From the UHGV virus genome UHGV-1366640: 64,000 nt of DNA; one strand, given 5' to 3'. The position numbers and the translations under genes were made by a program. The notes under the pieces were generated by a model. It was not told where the DNA came from. It saw nothing but the letters and a program-made list of their open reading frames with translations, and did no database searches. Shown here one piece after another: positions 9,567 to 19,861 of the stretch (within the stretch, counting starts at the first letter, position 1; each line of letters begins with the position of its first letter). This DNA comes from a virus.

Positions 9567-10880
9567 ATGAATAACAGATATTCTAAATTGACATTTATTC
9601 GACAGTGTAATCCAATATATGAAGATTACTGTAAGAAATACTCAACTGTCAGATTCTATTCAGAGACAATTGTCTCTCTTGCAAAAAATCTTGAGATTCC
9701 AGAGATAGAGATTCTCTATTTTAATGAGACCTATCCGAGCGATACTCATAGCGGAAAGGAAACTGAAGCAAGAATTTGGTTTGAAAATCTGAAGAAGTCT
9801 GATGATTCTGTGAATGAAATAGATTATCCAACATTTTCAATGTATAAGTCTGCCAAAAGAAATGATATCAAATTAGATGTTAAAAACATTTCTTGCCATA
9901 CAGAGACAAATTTTGAAAATTCACTTGTTGTAATCTCATTTATGACAGATACACCAGCGATTCATAAAAAGTATTTTAACAAAACAATCATACCAATTGT
10001 AAATCAGTCAGCAGGATTTATTTATCTTGCATCTGACAATGAATATTCAGGTTATGCATATAGAAAAGATGAAATAGTGATAAATTGTTTGGAATTTATT
10101 GGTGATTATCTTCCTGAAGATTTCATAAGACAGATGAAATGCATTATCATGACAGAGTCTAACTGCCTTGGTCTTAGAAATTCCTTAATTCAAAAATTTC
10201 ATTGTCCTGTTTTCTACTGTCCGATGATAATAGATCCACAAAATCTAAGATTTAATACAAAAACATACAAACAATTCACTGAAGAGACCGAGAATAAGAT
10301 AGCAATGCTCAAAAATTTGAATACATTTATGATCTATCAAGATTTCTTTGAAACAATAAGAGATCATGGAGTTGTATTTGAATCAAGCATGCCAAATACT
10401 CGAAAGAAATATGCACCTTTCTGTGAAAAGTATGGTCTGCAGTACAAGAACGCAAGATTTTGGAAAATGGAAGAGTTTGAGCATAAAATCTCTCCATATA
10501 GAGTTTTCTTAGGGATGTCAACGATTGGCAGCAGCCGATTTACTTCAAAAATCTTAGAAGGAACAAATGCTGGATGTATTGTAATCAATCCCTACATAGA
10601 TCTCGAAGGCATTGGATTCTCTGCAGAGGAATATCCGATCTGTAATTCCACATTGCAAGATTCAGGGATCCTTGATGTTCTTACGATAGACAGATGGACT
10701 CAAGAAGAATGCTCGAAGTCTCTTGCTGATGCTGCAAATTCATTTCTTAATTATGATTATGATGAATATACGAATAGACTGCTTCATCAAGTAACATTCA
10801 TCAAAAAGTATTTTCTGGAGGATAGTCCATGTGTTCAAGAATGCTTACAAAAGATCATCCCTTTTCTTAAGGAAAATTAA
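9567..10880 (+). CDS. Hypothetical protein, possibly a GT-B-like glycosyltransferase.
   Basis: Start ATG 9567 (MNNRYSK) after GAAAGGAAA. The C-terminal segment VFLGMSTIGSSRFTSKILEGTNAGCIVIN resembles the GT-B C-terminal nucleotide-sugar-binding region. The evidence is weak. Confidence 0.3.
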   Translation: MNNRYSKLTFIRQCNPIYEDYCKKYSTVRFYSETIVSLAKNLEIPEIEILYFNETYPSDTHSGKETEARIWFENLKKSDDSVNEIDYPTFSMYKSAKRNDIKLDVKNISCHTETNFENSLVVISFMTDTPAIHKKYFNKTIIPIVNQSAGFIYLASDNEYSGYAYRKDEIVINCLEFIGDYLPEDFIRQMKCIIMTESNCLGLRNSLIQKFHCPVFYCPMIIDPQNLRFNTKTYKQFTEETENKIAMLKNLNTFMIYQDFFETIRDHGVVFESSMPNTRKKYAPFCEKYGLQYKNARFWKMEEFEHKISPYRVFLGMSTIGSSRFTSKILEGTNAGCIVINPYIDLEGIGFSAEEYPICNSTLQDSGILDVLTIDRWTQEECSKSLADAANSFLNYDYDEYTNRLLHQVTFIKKYFLEDSPCVQECLQKIIPFLKEN

Positions 10881-10910
10881 TTTGAATATTCTAATAAAAG
10901 GATAATTCCA

Positions 10911-10945
10911 AAGGAGTTATCCTTTTCTTTTTAGCGTTTATACTA
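10911..10945 (+). promoter_or_regulatory. Bipartite phage promoter, copy 4. AAGGAGTT, a 16-nt spacer, then CGTTTATA.
   Basis: Motif family. The downstream sequence TACTATTGTAAATACTATTTTTGAAAGGA is shared with copy 5. Confidence 0.45.
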
Positions 10946-11038
10946 TTGTAAATACTATTTTTGAAAGGAAACAGTCATTAACAACGACAAATAAAAATAG
11001 CCGAAAGGTATAAAGAAGTAAAGAAAGAGGTAATAAAA

Positions 11039-11170
11039 ATGAAAGATTATGCGCTTATTATAAAGACACCAGGAGGAAGTGTAAGTGATATATTGTATTT
11101 TGATACACACGAAGAAGCATACGAGGAAATGCAATTTTGCAAAAACATTCTACAGCGACAGGAACTTTGA
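11039..11170 (+). CDS. Small hypothetical protein of 43 aa.
   Basis: ATG 11039 follows AGAGG, immediately downstream of promoter copy 4. It is below the ORF-track cutoff. Its position and RBS are the only support. Confidence 0.25.
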   Translation: MKDYALIIKTPGGSVSDILYFDTHEEAYEEMQFCKNILQRQEL

Positions 11171-11203
11171 ATATGAATTGAAAAAGGAGTGTTAACAATC
11201 AAT

Positions 11204-11662
11204 ATGATTATTAGAAGACTGTATGAAATGTCAAGATCTCTTAAGGAGATCAAATTGGAATTATATAATCACTCTGAACAGATCAGAGAGAATCTAATGA
11301 AAATTTTCCTACTAAGAGATTGTTCAGCAAAACATCATTGGATTTCAGAACTCTTTGGAAATTGTCATGATGTTAAGAAATGTAATGGATCAAACAAATA
11401 TCCAAAAGAGTCTGTAATCTTACAGGAAATTTGGAAATCTTGGGAAGATAGTTATTCAGATAAACTTGAAAAATATATTGTTAATCTTCAAAATTCTGAG
11501 AAAGATGTTAAATTCCCAGATGAGTTCTCTTCAAAGAATCTCTATGATTTTATGAAAGATTATTGTAAATGGTTGTCCAAAATTCTATCAAAAGATGGTG
11601 TTGTTACATTTCCAGAAGTTGAGCGAGAAGTCAACCAACTTCTGCAGAAATATGAAATATGA
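11204..11662 (+). CDS. Hypothetical protein.
   Basis: Start ATG 11204 (MIIRRLYE), 9 nt after AAGGAG. Confidence 0.5.
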   Translation: MIIRRLYEMSRSLKEIKLELYNHSEQIRENLMKIFLLRDCSAKHHWISELFGNCHDVKKCNGSNKYPKESVILQEIWKSWEDSYSDKLEKYIVNLQNSEKDVKFPDEFSSKNLYDFMKDYCKWLSKILSKDGVVTFPEVEREVNQLLQKYEI

Positions 11663-11687
11663 ATTGTTAAGGGTAATTCTCTTCAAA

Positions 11688-11722
11688 AGAGAGTTATCCT
11701 TTTCTTTTTAGCGTTTATACTA
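11688..11722 (+). promoter_or_regulatory. Bipartite phage promoter, copy 5. AGAGAGTT, a 16-nt spacer, then CGTTTATA.
   Basis: Motif family. Confidence 0.5.
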
Positions 11723-11756
11723 TTGTAAATACTATTTTTGAAAGGAGATCATTAAG

Positions 11757-12800
11757 ATGTATAATTATTATGCAAATTATCTTAACAACGATCCTAATGT
11801 AATTAAATTCATTGATTGGGTTTCTACAAATTCTGTTGTAATTAATTCATGTAAGAATACTCAAGAGCTCAAAGAAGTCTTAGACAGGAGATCTTCAATA
11901 TTGAATATCCATACTGTAAATCTACTTTCTGGGAATGTAAATATTTCTGCTACTATTGAATTCAATAATGAAAGTCATACAGTATTGAAACTCTCAAAAT
12001 ACAATTCAGAAGATTCATTGTATAGAACATTTGATTCTGATGATCCTTTTCTCAGAAATCGATTGATTAAGAATTCACTGTATTCAGAAGATTTTGGTAT
12101 ATTGTATCATGGAGATCCCGAAATCGTGATTTCAATGTACGAACCAGGATTGAGTGTTCAAAAGGTTCTCAGTGTTTCTTCTGTAGAGAAAATTGAGGAG
12201 ATAAATGATAAATCAATATCTGCAATTTCAAAGTTTCATAAACTTCCAGTAAGAACACATTGTACAGATCTTATACAGCTCTTATGTATGTTCAAATCTG
12301 CACTATATCGAAGACCTGTCTATCAAAAAGAAGAAGATTTGATAAAGTTCATTAATTCTAAAATTTCAGAAATTGTAAAATTTGAATCTAAATTTGAAGA
12401 TAAAGATTTTGTATATTCACATTTGAACGCAAATCCTACAAAAATGATTTTTGGGAATGATCAAAAAGTAAGATTAATTGATTTTGAATTTGCTGGTGTT
12501 GGATTAAAATATTATGACTATGCAAATTATTATAATTTTCTAAATGAATGGCATCTTAAAGAATTTGATCTTGATGTTTTGTGGGAAATGAATCATCAAT
12601 TCATTAATTGTTGTGAATCTGAAATTGAAAATTTCGATTATAAAGATTTCAACAAATGTACTGATTACATGAAATTCGTTTGGGGAACATGGTATCTTCT
12701 TAGCGGAATTTGTAATGAAGATGAGACCTCCTTGAAATTTGGACTTGATTGGATGAATTATCCGTGTGAAAATGTAAATGATTACATCTATTGGAAATAG
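11757..12800 (+). CDS. Phosphotransferase with an APH/choline-kinase (protein-kinase-like) fold.
   Basis: Brenner/APH motif KVRLIDFEFAGVGLKYYDYANYY. Start ATG 11757 after AAAGGAGA. Confidence 0.45.
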   Translation: MYNYYANYLNNDPNVIKFIDWVSTNSVVINSCKNTQELKEVLDRRSSILNIHTVNLLSGNVNISATIEFNNESHTVLKLSKYNSEDSLYRTFDSDDPFLRNRLIKNSLYSEDFGILYHGDPEIVISMYEPGLSVQKVLSVSSVEKIEEINDKSISAISKFHKLPVRTHCTDLIQLLCMFKSALYRRPVYQKEEDLIKFINSKISEIVKFESKFEDKDFVYSHLNANPTKMIFGNDQKVRLIDFEFAGVGLKYYDYANYYNFLNEWHLKEFDLDVLWEMNHQFINCCESEIENFDYKDFNKCTDYMKFVWGTWYLLSGICNEDETSLKFGLDWMNYPCENVNDYIYWK

Positions 12801-13065
12801 ATAATTTCCTTCAAATACAAACATTACCTGATAATTATACTGAAGGGATTTGTGATACAGCAAGATATTCTGCAATCGGTAACGGATGGACAGTTGATGT
12901 AATTGCACACATAGTGAAAAATATAAAGTAATATTGAAAGGTGGTGATAAAATGACAAAGTTTGATTATTCAAAATTAAGGGTAAAATCAGAAAATCTGG
13001 AACACAAGAAGCTTTTTGCAAATGTACTCATGTAAGAAATATATTTTGGAAAGGATGAATTAAGC

Positions 13066-13524
13066 ATGGAACGCACGAATGAATATTTTACAACTCTTCA
13101 TGGATGTGATTCATTTTCGTATCACTATCTTTCAACAGCTGAGAGAGATGAAGCTGAAGATTATGAAAAACAGTTATTCACATTAGAAGATAAGATCTTC
13201 AATTTAAGAAAGAAGAATATCTGTAGAATGTATGAGATTAATGATGTCAATCCTGAAGAATATCTATACAGCGTTAGAATTTCAGGGAAACAATATTATG
13301 GAAAAATTTCTGTGAATATTGATAAACAGTCTCATTGTGCATACATTTCATTTCATTATTTCAGAGGATTACATCCTACAACTAAGAAACCTGTATTCTC
13401 ACAGACCTGTAAAAGAATATCTGAGGAAACGAAAGATCTTGTAACAGATCTTAAGCCAATAGAATACAAAGATATCCCAGGAAAGAGAATTCTTGACAGA
13501 AGGGAGATTTATAAGAAAAGATGA
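13066..13524 (+). CDS. Hypothetical protein.
   Basis: ORF with an RBS. Confidence 0.4.
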   Translation: MERTNEYFTTLHGCDSFSYHYLSTAERDEAEDYEKQLFTLEDKIFNLRKKNICRMYEINDVNPEEYLYSVRISGKQYYGKISVNIDKQSHCAYISFHYFRGLHPTTKKPVFSQTCKRISEETKDLVTDLKPIEYKDIPGKRILDRREIYKKR

Positions 13525-14645
13525 AAATTGGAATATATACAGATGCACATTTCAGTAAATCTTCTTCAGTATTGACTGGATCTTCTGATACATCAAAATA
13601 CTCAAAAAGACTTGATTCACTAATTCATTCTTTTGAATATATGTATGATATTTTTCATAAAGAAGATGTAAGGATGATTTTTAATCTTGGAGACACAGTA
13701 TCAGCTACAGATTTGGATGCAGATACAATAACAGCGTTATCAGAAGCATTATCAAAGAATGAAACAATCCCTGAATATTGGTTAATTGGTAATCATGAAA
13801 AGAAGACAAATGATGGTTCAATAACATCAATTGCTCTTGTTGATAACATTGACAATATTCAACTTTGTGATTCTGACTCGAAGATAATGAGTATTACCGA
13901 AAATGTGGATGTGATATTGTGTAATCATACAACAAAATCTTTTGAAGAAAGTGTAAAATCTCTATGTGATAGCATTGAGAAGGATCATAATTTTCTGCTT
14001 CTCACACATCAGTGTTATAAAGAAACATTACCCTTTGTAAATGAATCTGCATTTTCATATAATGAAATAACTTCAAATTACCCAAATCTCAAAAGAATAT
14101 TCAACGGGCATATTCATACAGCATTTGATGATTCAAAATATTGTCAGATTGGGTCTTTGATTGGAAACTCGTTTAATGATGACTATTCTGAATCTTTTCC
14201 AAGATTTGTAATATATGACACAGACACGGATAACTTGACTTTTTATGAAAATCCGTACTCTTATATTTTTGTGACAATAGATCTTCAAAACTCTATAGAC
14301 TTCGAATCGACTCTGAAAGATATGTTCTGTAAAAAGAATTATATTTCAAAATCTAAAAATTTTCTTAAAGACTACAGAACTCTTGTAAGATTTCGATTAC
14401 TTCTCAGCCAGAAATCCAATTTTGAAGAATTCATTGACAAAAATAATCTATATGAGTTATTCAATATTTATTCTTATCGAGTAATCTACCAAAACGATCT
14501 TGCTGTAAAATCTTTTGAGAATTCAACCGAAGTGCCAGAAACTGAAAATCTTAATGAGAAATTATTGACATTCATAGAATCTCAAGAAAATCTACCAGTA
14601 AGTAAATCAACAATGATTGAATTCATTAAAAAGAATATTCTATAG
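13521..14645 (+). CDS. SbcD/Mre11-like nuclease (calcineurin-like phosphoesterase).
   Basis: Phosphoesterase motifs YTDAHF, NLGDTV and LIGNHE. It is translationally coupled to the following SbcC-like gene. Confidence 0.7.
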   Translation: MKIGIYTDAHFSKSSSVLTGSSDTSKYSKRLDSLIHSFEYMYDIFHKEDVRMIFNLGDTVSATDLDADTITALSEALSKNETIPEYWLIGNHEKKTNDGSITSIALVDNIDNIQLCDSDSKIMSITENVDVILCNHTTKSFEESVKSLCDSIEKDHNFLLLTHQCYKETLPFVNESAFSYNEITSNYPNLKRIFNGHIHTAFDDSKYCQIGSLIGNSFNDDYSESFPRFVIYDTDTDNLTFYENPYSYIFVTIDLQNSIDFESTLKDMFCKKNYISKSKNFLKDYRTLVRFRLLLSQKSNFEEFIDKNNLYELFNIYSYRVIYQNDLAVKSFENSTEVPETENLNEKLLTFIESQENLPVSKSTMIEFIKKNIL

Positions 14646-14662
14646 AAAGGATCTATGTTAAC

Positions 14663-16375
14663 ATGAAATTAGACTTTGAAGGAATTGAAATAAGATCCTT
14701 TCTATCGATAGGATCAGCAGAACTCAATTTCAAAAACAGAGGATTTACAAGAGTTCAGGGAATTAATAATTATGAACCAAAATTGGATTCAAATGGAAGT
14801 GGTAAATCTGCAATATTTGAAGCAATTCTTTGGTGTCTATACGGACAAACATCTCGAGGGTTATCGAATGTTTCAAATGAAATTCTTAAAGAACCAGCAT
14901 CAGTTTCTCTGTCATTCAACCTTGACAATATTCATTATGCAGTGACGAGAAAAGCAAAACCAAGTTCATTAGTAATTGTTAAAAATGATGAAGACATTTC
15001 AGGTGCAACTTATACAAAATCTACACAAATTCTTTCAGAGATTTTTCAGTGGATGGATTATGATATGTTTGTATCTATGATCATCTTAAGTCAGGGACTT
15101 CCAGGAAAATTTTCAAGCCTAAAACCATCAGCAAGAAAATCAAGACTTGAACTTCTCAGTGGAATTGATGAACAATTACAAAAACTCCTTGATAAAGTTT
15201 CAAAACTCTATTCTGATATTACAACAACTCTTGGAACGATAAGACTTGAAACAGCTCAAAATACCAGTAAGATTACAACATTAGAAAGCATCAATAATCA
15301 GCTTCAATCAAAAATAGATGATCTTTCAAAAATGACTCCAAATATTGATGAAGATACATATTCCTTGTATAAAGCTCAAGTGACATCAATTTCTGAGATG
15401 ATTGAAAATGATTCTAAAGGAGCAAGAGATCTTTCTACAGAAATTAATTCTATCAAAATGAACTCTTTCAAAATTTCTTCTGAAATTTCATCAACTGAAA
15501 GATCTATCACTGATTTTTCAAAGAAGTTAGAATCTTATAGAAATTCAAGATGTCCTGAATGTGGATCTATCATTGATGCATCTGACAAGATAAAAGAAAT
15601 TTCAGAGAAAATCAATGAATATAAAAAACTGGTAGATGAACATAGAAAAACATTAACAAATCTTCTCTCAGAGCAAGAACTGAAATCTAAGAAATTTGAG
15701 GAATCAAATTCTTCACTGGAGTTGCTGAATTCTAAGAAATCACAACTTTCTTCAGAAATTTCAAAATATGAGATGTTCTCAGCATCAACCGAAGGATATG
15801 TTTCGCAGATTTTTCAGAATACAAAAACGATTACAGAACTAAATGACTCCTTGAACAGTTTATCAGAACAACAGAAATCTTTAGATGAGGATTCTTCAAT
15901 CCTTTCATATTGTAAAACTCATTTGAACAAGGAATTCAGAACCTATTTACTGGAATCCATGATTTCATACATGAATTCTGTCTTAGAAGAAACATCAAAA
16001 TATCTCTATGATTCACAAGGTGTAGTTCATATGGAGTCCGAAAAGAATAACATAAATATCTATCTTGGAGATAGATCTATCGAAGCCTTGTCAGGCGGAG
16101 AATTGAGACGAGTTGATCTTCTACTTCAGCTTGCACAGAAATCCCTGTGTGAGAAGCTCTCAGGATTTTCGTGTAACTTATTTGTTCTTGATGAAATCCT
16201 TGATTTTCTTGATGAATCAGGAGTTGAAAATGTTATCTCTTTGTTGGAATCAAGGTCTGTATTCGTTGATACGATAATGTTTGTAAGCCATAAGCCTGAT
16301 CTCTCTATCAACTATGACTCATCAATCCTCGTTGTCAAGGGTGAAGATCAAATCTCACAGGTATACCAATCCTAA
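14663..16375 (+). CDS. SbcC/Rad50-like ATPase.
   Basis: Walker A NGSGKSAIFEAI, long coiled coils, a zinc hook CPECG, the ABC signature LSGGELRR and Walker B LFVLDEI. Confidence 0.75.
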   Translation: MKLDFEGIEIRSFLSIGSAELNFKNRGFTRVQGINNYEPKLDSNGSGKSAIFEAILWCLYGQTSRGLSNVSNEILKEPASVSLSFNLDNIHYAVTRKAKPSSLVIVKNDEDISGATYTKSTQILSEIFQWMDYDMFVSMIILSQGLPGKFSSLKPSARKSRLELLSGIDEQLQKLLDKVSKLYSDITTTLGTIRLETAQNTSKITTLESINNQLQSKIDDLSKMTPNIDEDTYSLYKAQVTSISEMIENDSKGARDLSTEINSIKMNSFKISSEISSTERSITDFSKKLESYRNSRCPECGSIIDASDKIKEISEKINEYKKLVDEHRKTLTNLLSEQELKSKKFEESNSSLELLNSKKSQLSSEISKYEMFSASTEGYVSQIFQNTKTITELNDSLNSLSEQQKSLDEDSSILSYCKTHLNKEFRTYLLESMISYMNSVLEETSKYLYDSQGVVHMESEKNNINIYLGDRSIEALSGGELRRVDLLLQLAQKSLCEKLSGFSCNLFVLDEILDFLDESGVENVISLLESRSVFVDTIMFVSHKPDLSINYDSSILVVKGEDQISQVYQS

Positions 16376-16413
16376 AATTGAATATAATTATTTGTAAGGA
16401 TAATTCTTAAATT

Positions 16414-16448
16414 TAAGAGTTATCCTTTTTCTTTTAGCGTTTATACTG
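16414..16448 (+). promoter_or_regulatory. Bipartite phage promoter, copy 6. TAAGAGTT, a 16-nt spacer, then CGTTTATA.
   Basis: Motif family. Confidence 0.5.
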
Positions 16449-16484
16449 TTGTAAATAGTAAATTTAGAAAGGATCATAAAAATC

Positions 16485-18482
16485 ATGAAAACTCGTACTC
16501 TCGAAGAACTTGAAAATCTTATCGTAAAAGCAGCAACAGCTTATTATGAAGGTCATCCATTTATAAGTGATGAAGAGTTTGACAACTACACAGATGAATT
16601 AGCGAAAAGAAATCCTGGAAGTGAAATATTTGACAGACCCGGATGGGGCTATGTACCTGAAAATTCAGATCTTTCAAAAATTCATCATTTCTTTGTTACA
16701 ACACGAGGATTTCCCAAGATGAAGTTATCATCTGAAGATGTGGTCAAACCAATTACTCAGGTCATTACAGCATTTGAAGATTCCATAATTACTCCAAAGT
16801 ATGATGGAGCAAACTTGACACTCTATTATAACAAATTTGGTCTCCTTGAAAAAGCAATAACAAGAGGTGATGGCGCTAATGGTACAGATGTAACAAGAAC
16901 AGTTTCACAGATTGTGCCTATGCAGGTAAGTTCTGGAATCTACGCAATAACAGGAGAATGGATTCTGTCAAATGAAGACTTTGAAGAAAATTATGAAGTG
17001 AAATCTGACAGCCAGAGAAATATTGCTACTGGTGTATTGATGAGAAAAGTTCCTTCTCCGATTGAAGAACTTAAAAGGTTTTCGTTTGTTGCATATCGAA
17101 TTATCGCTGCAAGTGAAAAGTGGTTTAACAGTCATTCAGAAAAACAGTCAGAACATATCAGAATTCTCAGAGATCTTGGATTTGTAACTCCTCCATATTA
17201 TGTAGCTACAAGAAATGAAGTTCAGTTATCCTATGAAGATTTTCTTAAAACTTTTAGAAAAGATATTCATTCAAATGGCAAAACTTATTCTTATGACGGA
17301 ATTGTTGTTAACAATAATTTCACAATGCCAATCGAATATACTTTCACAAATGATAAAAATGATCACATTTTTGAAAAATCATATGTATATCAGTATGTGG
17401 CTGAAATTGCATTGAAAACAATAACCGAATCAGCAGATGTTATTGTCAGAGATATTTCTTGGAATTTAACAAGAACTTCAAGGCTTGTTCCTACTGTGAA
17501 ATTTGATCCTGTATTCATTTCAGGTGCATCAGTAAGCAGAGCAAGCGGATTCAATGCGAAATATATCAAAGATAACAGTATTGATGTGGGAGCTGAAATT
17601 GAAGTTGTTCGTTCCGGTGAAGTTATTCCTTATATTGTTGGAGTAAAGACACCAGTGATGACGAATATTCCGACACACTGTCCTTCTTGTTCTGCCGAAC
17701 TTGAGTGGTCAGGCACAGATCTTGTATGTGAAAATCCCAATTGTCCTTCCAGAGAAATAAATCGGCTCTATCATTTCTTAGACACAGTTGGTGGAGAAAA
17801 GGGAATTTCTTCACAGATAATCTATGCAATCATCGAAGTTTCGGGCGAAACTACAATTCCAGAATTTCTTTCTCTGAAAAATACATACACTGATATTGCA
17901 GACGAATTATGTACTTGCCTTGAAGGAAAAGAAAATATAGGAAGTGCAAAAATCTCACTTGCAAGAAATCTCCTTAATAGAATTTTCAAAGAGAAAATTG
18001 AATTTAGAAAATATGTTGTGGGATTATCACTTTCAAATATCGGATGGACGACTTCTGATAAAATTAAATCAGCTCTTTGGGAAGCTTGTATTTCAGAAGA
18101 TTATGATAGAGTCATTACGAATTCAGGTCTTACTCCTTCTATCAAAACAAGTCTTTTGAACAATGAAGATTTGATATTGAAAACATTTAATCAGCTTTCC
18201 GACAGGCTCATTGATCCCCGTGAAGAGGAAGAAGCCATCAATCATAGACAGGATTATAGATTTGGACTTTGTATAACAGGAAAGCTCACTTCTGGTACAA
18301 AACAATCTTTCTATCAGAGGTACTCAGGAATCTGTAAAGAATCAACTGTGAATAATTGTGAAATTCTTATTGCTAATTCCGAAGGAAGTGGAAAATGGAA
18401 AACAGCAAAGAAACTGAATAAGACAATTATGACAGAAGATGAATTTGAACAGAGATATGGTGGAGTTAATAGAAAATTCTAA
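16485..18482 (+). CDS. ligA: NAD-dependent DNA ligase (LigA-type).
   Basis: N-terminal Ia-domain pattern (AATAYYEGHPFISDEEFD), the adenylation lysine motif KYDGAN, and a Cys4 zinc finger CPSCSAELEWSG...CENPNCP. Confidence 0.75.
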   Translation: MKTRTLEELENLIVKAATAYYEGHPFISDEEFDNYTDELAKRNPGSEIFDRPGWGYVPENSDLSKIHHFFVTTRGFPKMKLSSEDVVKPITQVITAFEDSIITPKYDGANLTLYYNKFGLLEKAITRGDGANGTDVTRTVSQIVPMQVSSGIYAITGEWILSNEDFEENYEVKSDSQRNIATGVLMRKVPSPIEELKRFSFVAYRIIAASEKWFNSHSEKQSEHIRILRDLGFVTPPYYVATRNEVQLSYEDFLKTFRKDIHSNGKTYSYDGIVVNNNFTMPIEYTFTNDKNDHIFEKSYVYQYVAEIALKTITESADVIVRDISWNLTRTSRLVPTVKFDPVFISGASVSRASGFNAKYIKDNSIDVGAEIEVVRSGEVIPYIVGVKTPVMTNIPTHCPSCSAELEWSGTDLVCENPNCPSREINRLYHFLDTVGGEKGISSQIIYAIIEVSGETTIPEFLSLKNTYTDIADELCTCLEGKENIGSAKISLARNLLNRIFKEKIEFRKYVVGLSLSNIGWTTSDKIKSALWEACISEDYDRVITNSGLTPSIKTSLLNNEDLILKTFNQLSDRLIDPREEEEAINHRQDYRFGLCITGKLTSGTKQSFYQRYSGICKESTVNNCEILIANSEGSGKWKTAKKLNKTIMTEDEFEQRYGGVNRKF

Positions 18483-18511
18483 GAAGCTCTCAGAAGCCCT
18501 GTATTAAAAGA

Positions 18512-18562
18512 AAGTGAGTAAGGGTATAGTTATACTACCCTGACTCACTTCTTTAATTAGAG
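18512..18562 (+). terminator. Rho-independent terminator, member of the repeat family. Stem AGTGAGT.AGGGTA/TACCCTGACTCACT, followed by a T-run.
   Basis: Inverted repeat preceded by the family motif CTCAGAAGCC. Confidence 0.55.
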
Positions 18563-18631
18563 AAGCTGTGAGACATTTCAGATTAAGTGATCTACATTTC
18601 AATACCTATAAGTTTATTTGGAGGACTGAAA

Positions 18632-19075
18632 ATGATCAAATGTTTGGGAATACTTGACTTGAGAGAAGATCCAAAAGATGATATTGAGATCATAAATTGT
18701 GAGAAAATCAAGTATCTCACATTAGAAGACATCTCTTCTGTAAAAACAGAAGATGGTGTTTTAATCATTGAAAATAACTTTGAAAATGAATACAGAGACA
18801 GATTACGATTGTTTATCCCAGATTATGAAGTGAATACAGTATTTTTATCAAATCAATATGAAATTCAGCCTGAGGTTAAATATTCAATGAGATCTTTGAA
18901 AGTCACTTCATTGGCAGAGAATTCATCATATTATTCTGGGATCTGTTATATCAATCAAAAGATTGCAAGACAGATTTCTACACATCTTGAAGACTCAATG
19001 AGTGCATTTGATACAATACATAGTCTTGTTGAAGATCTAAGAGTTTTCGATTTAGATTTAAGGAGCACTATATGA
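18632..19075 (+). CDS. Hypothetical protein.
   Basis: Start ATG 18632 (MIKCLG) after GGAGGA. Confidence 0.45.
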   Translation: MIKCLGILDLREDPKDDIEIINCEKIKYLTLEDISSVKTEDGVLIIENNFENEYRDRLRLFIPDYEVNTVFLSNQYEIQPEVKYSMRSLKVTSLAENSSYYSGICYINQKIARQISTHLEDSMSAFDTIHSLVEDLRVFDLDLRSTI

Positions 19076-19479
19076 ACATTTGGAGCACAGGAAGTCATAG
19101 AGACAACATAGATATTCGTAGAGAAATTTCAAAGTTGTCAGACGATCAAGCAATATTTCAATTGGCAGGAATTCTTATGCAAGCATCTGAAAATGAAACT
19201 CTGTCAAAATTATTCATGTTTTTCAATTCAGATAGAGATTCTCTTTTTAGATTCTTGGAAATTTTTGGGGGAGAAAAACTCACTGTACCAATGTTAAATG
19301 ATTTAATTCACTCATTCAAGTTGATCAAATTAATCTATCTATACGATTTCAAAGATTGGAGTTTTTCAAGTGCATTACGGGAAGCTGGCTTTGAAGAGTC
19401 ACAGAGACAGCTTTTAATAAAACAAAGATCCGACTTGATAGAATCTTTGAGAAAGAGACAGACAAATGAAACAGATTGA
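19072..19479 (+). CDS. Hypothetical protein.
   Basis: ORF coupled to its neighbours. Confidence 0.4.
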   Translation: MNIWSTGSHRDNIDIRREISKLSDDQAIFQLAGILMQASENETLSKLFMFFNSDRDSLFRFLEIFGGEKLTVPMLNDLIHSFKLIKLIYLYDFKDWSFSSALREAGFEESQRQLLIKQRSDLIESLRKRQTNETD

Positions 19480-19741
19480 TCAAACGCTATACAGACTCAA
19501 CAGATTAATCAATCAAGCAGAAACAATTTCTAAAGAGAAGTATTCAATTGATATGTTATTACAAGAACGATTAATTCTGACATCAGAGATTCAGCAACAT
19601 TATCAACAAGCAATTGAGGATATGGAGAAGACACTTGGCACATCAGAATTTGAAATTGTGCTGAAGAAGTCTGATTTAATGATCTCATTTTTATCTAAAT
19701 TGAATAGATTAATAGTCTCCCCCAAAAAGATAAACCGTTAA
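19466..19741 (+). CDS. Hypothetical protein.
   Basis: ORF overlapping the upstream stop. Confidence 0.4.
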   Translation: MKQIDQTLYRLNRLINQAETISKEKYSIDMLLQERLILTSEIQQHYQQAIEDMEKTLGTSEFEIVLKKSDLMISFLSKLNRLIVSPKKINR

Positions 19742-19744
19742 ATT

Positions 19745-19779
19745 TAAGAGTTTTCATAGTTTTTGAAGCGTTTATATTC
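19745..19779 (+). promoter_or_regulatory. Bipartite phage promoter, copy 7, with the extended upstream 21-mer AAACCGTTAAATTTAAGAGTT.
   Basis: Motif family. The 21-mer is shared with copies 11 and 12. Confidence 0.5.
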
Positions 19780-19861
19780 GTAGAAATTATCTTCAAAAAT
19801 TAGTGATAAGGACACCATGAAGAAAATTTCATGGTGTCTTTTCTTTTACAAGGGTGATTTT

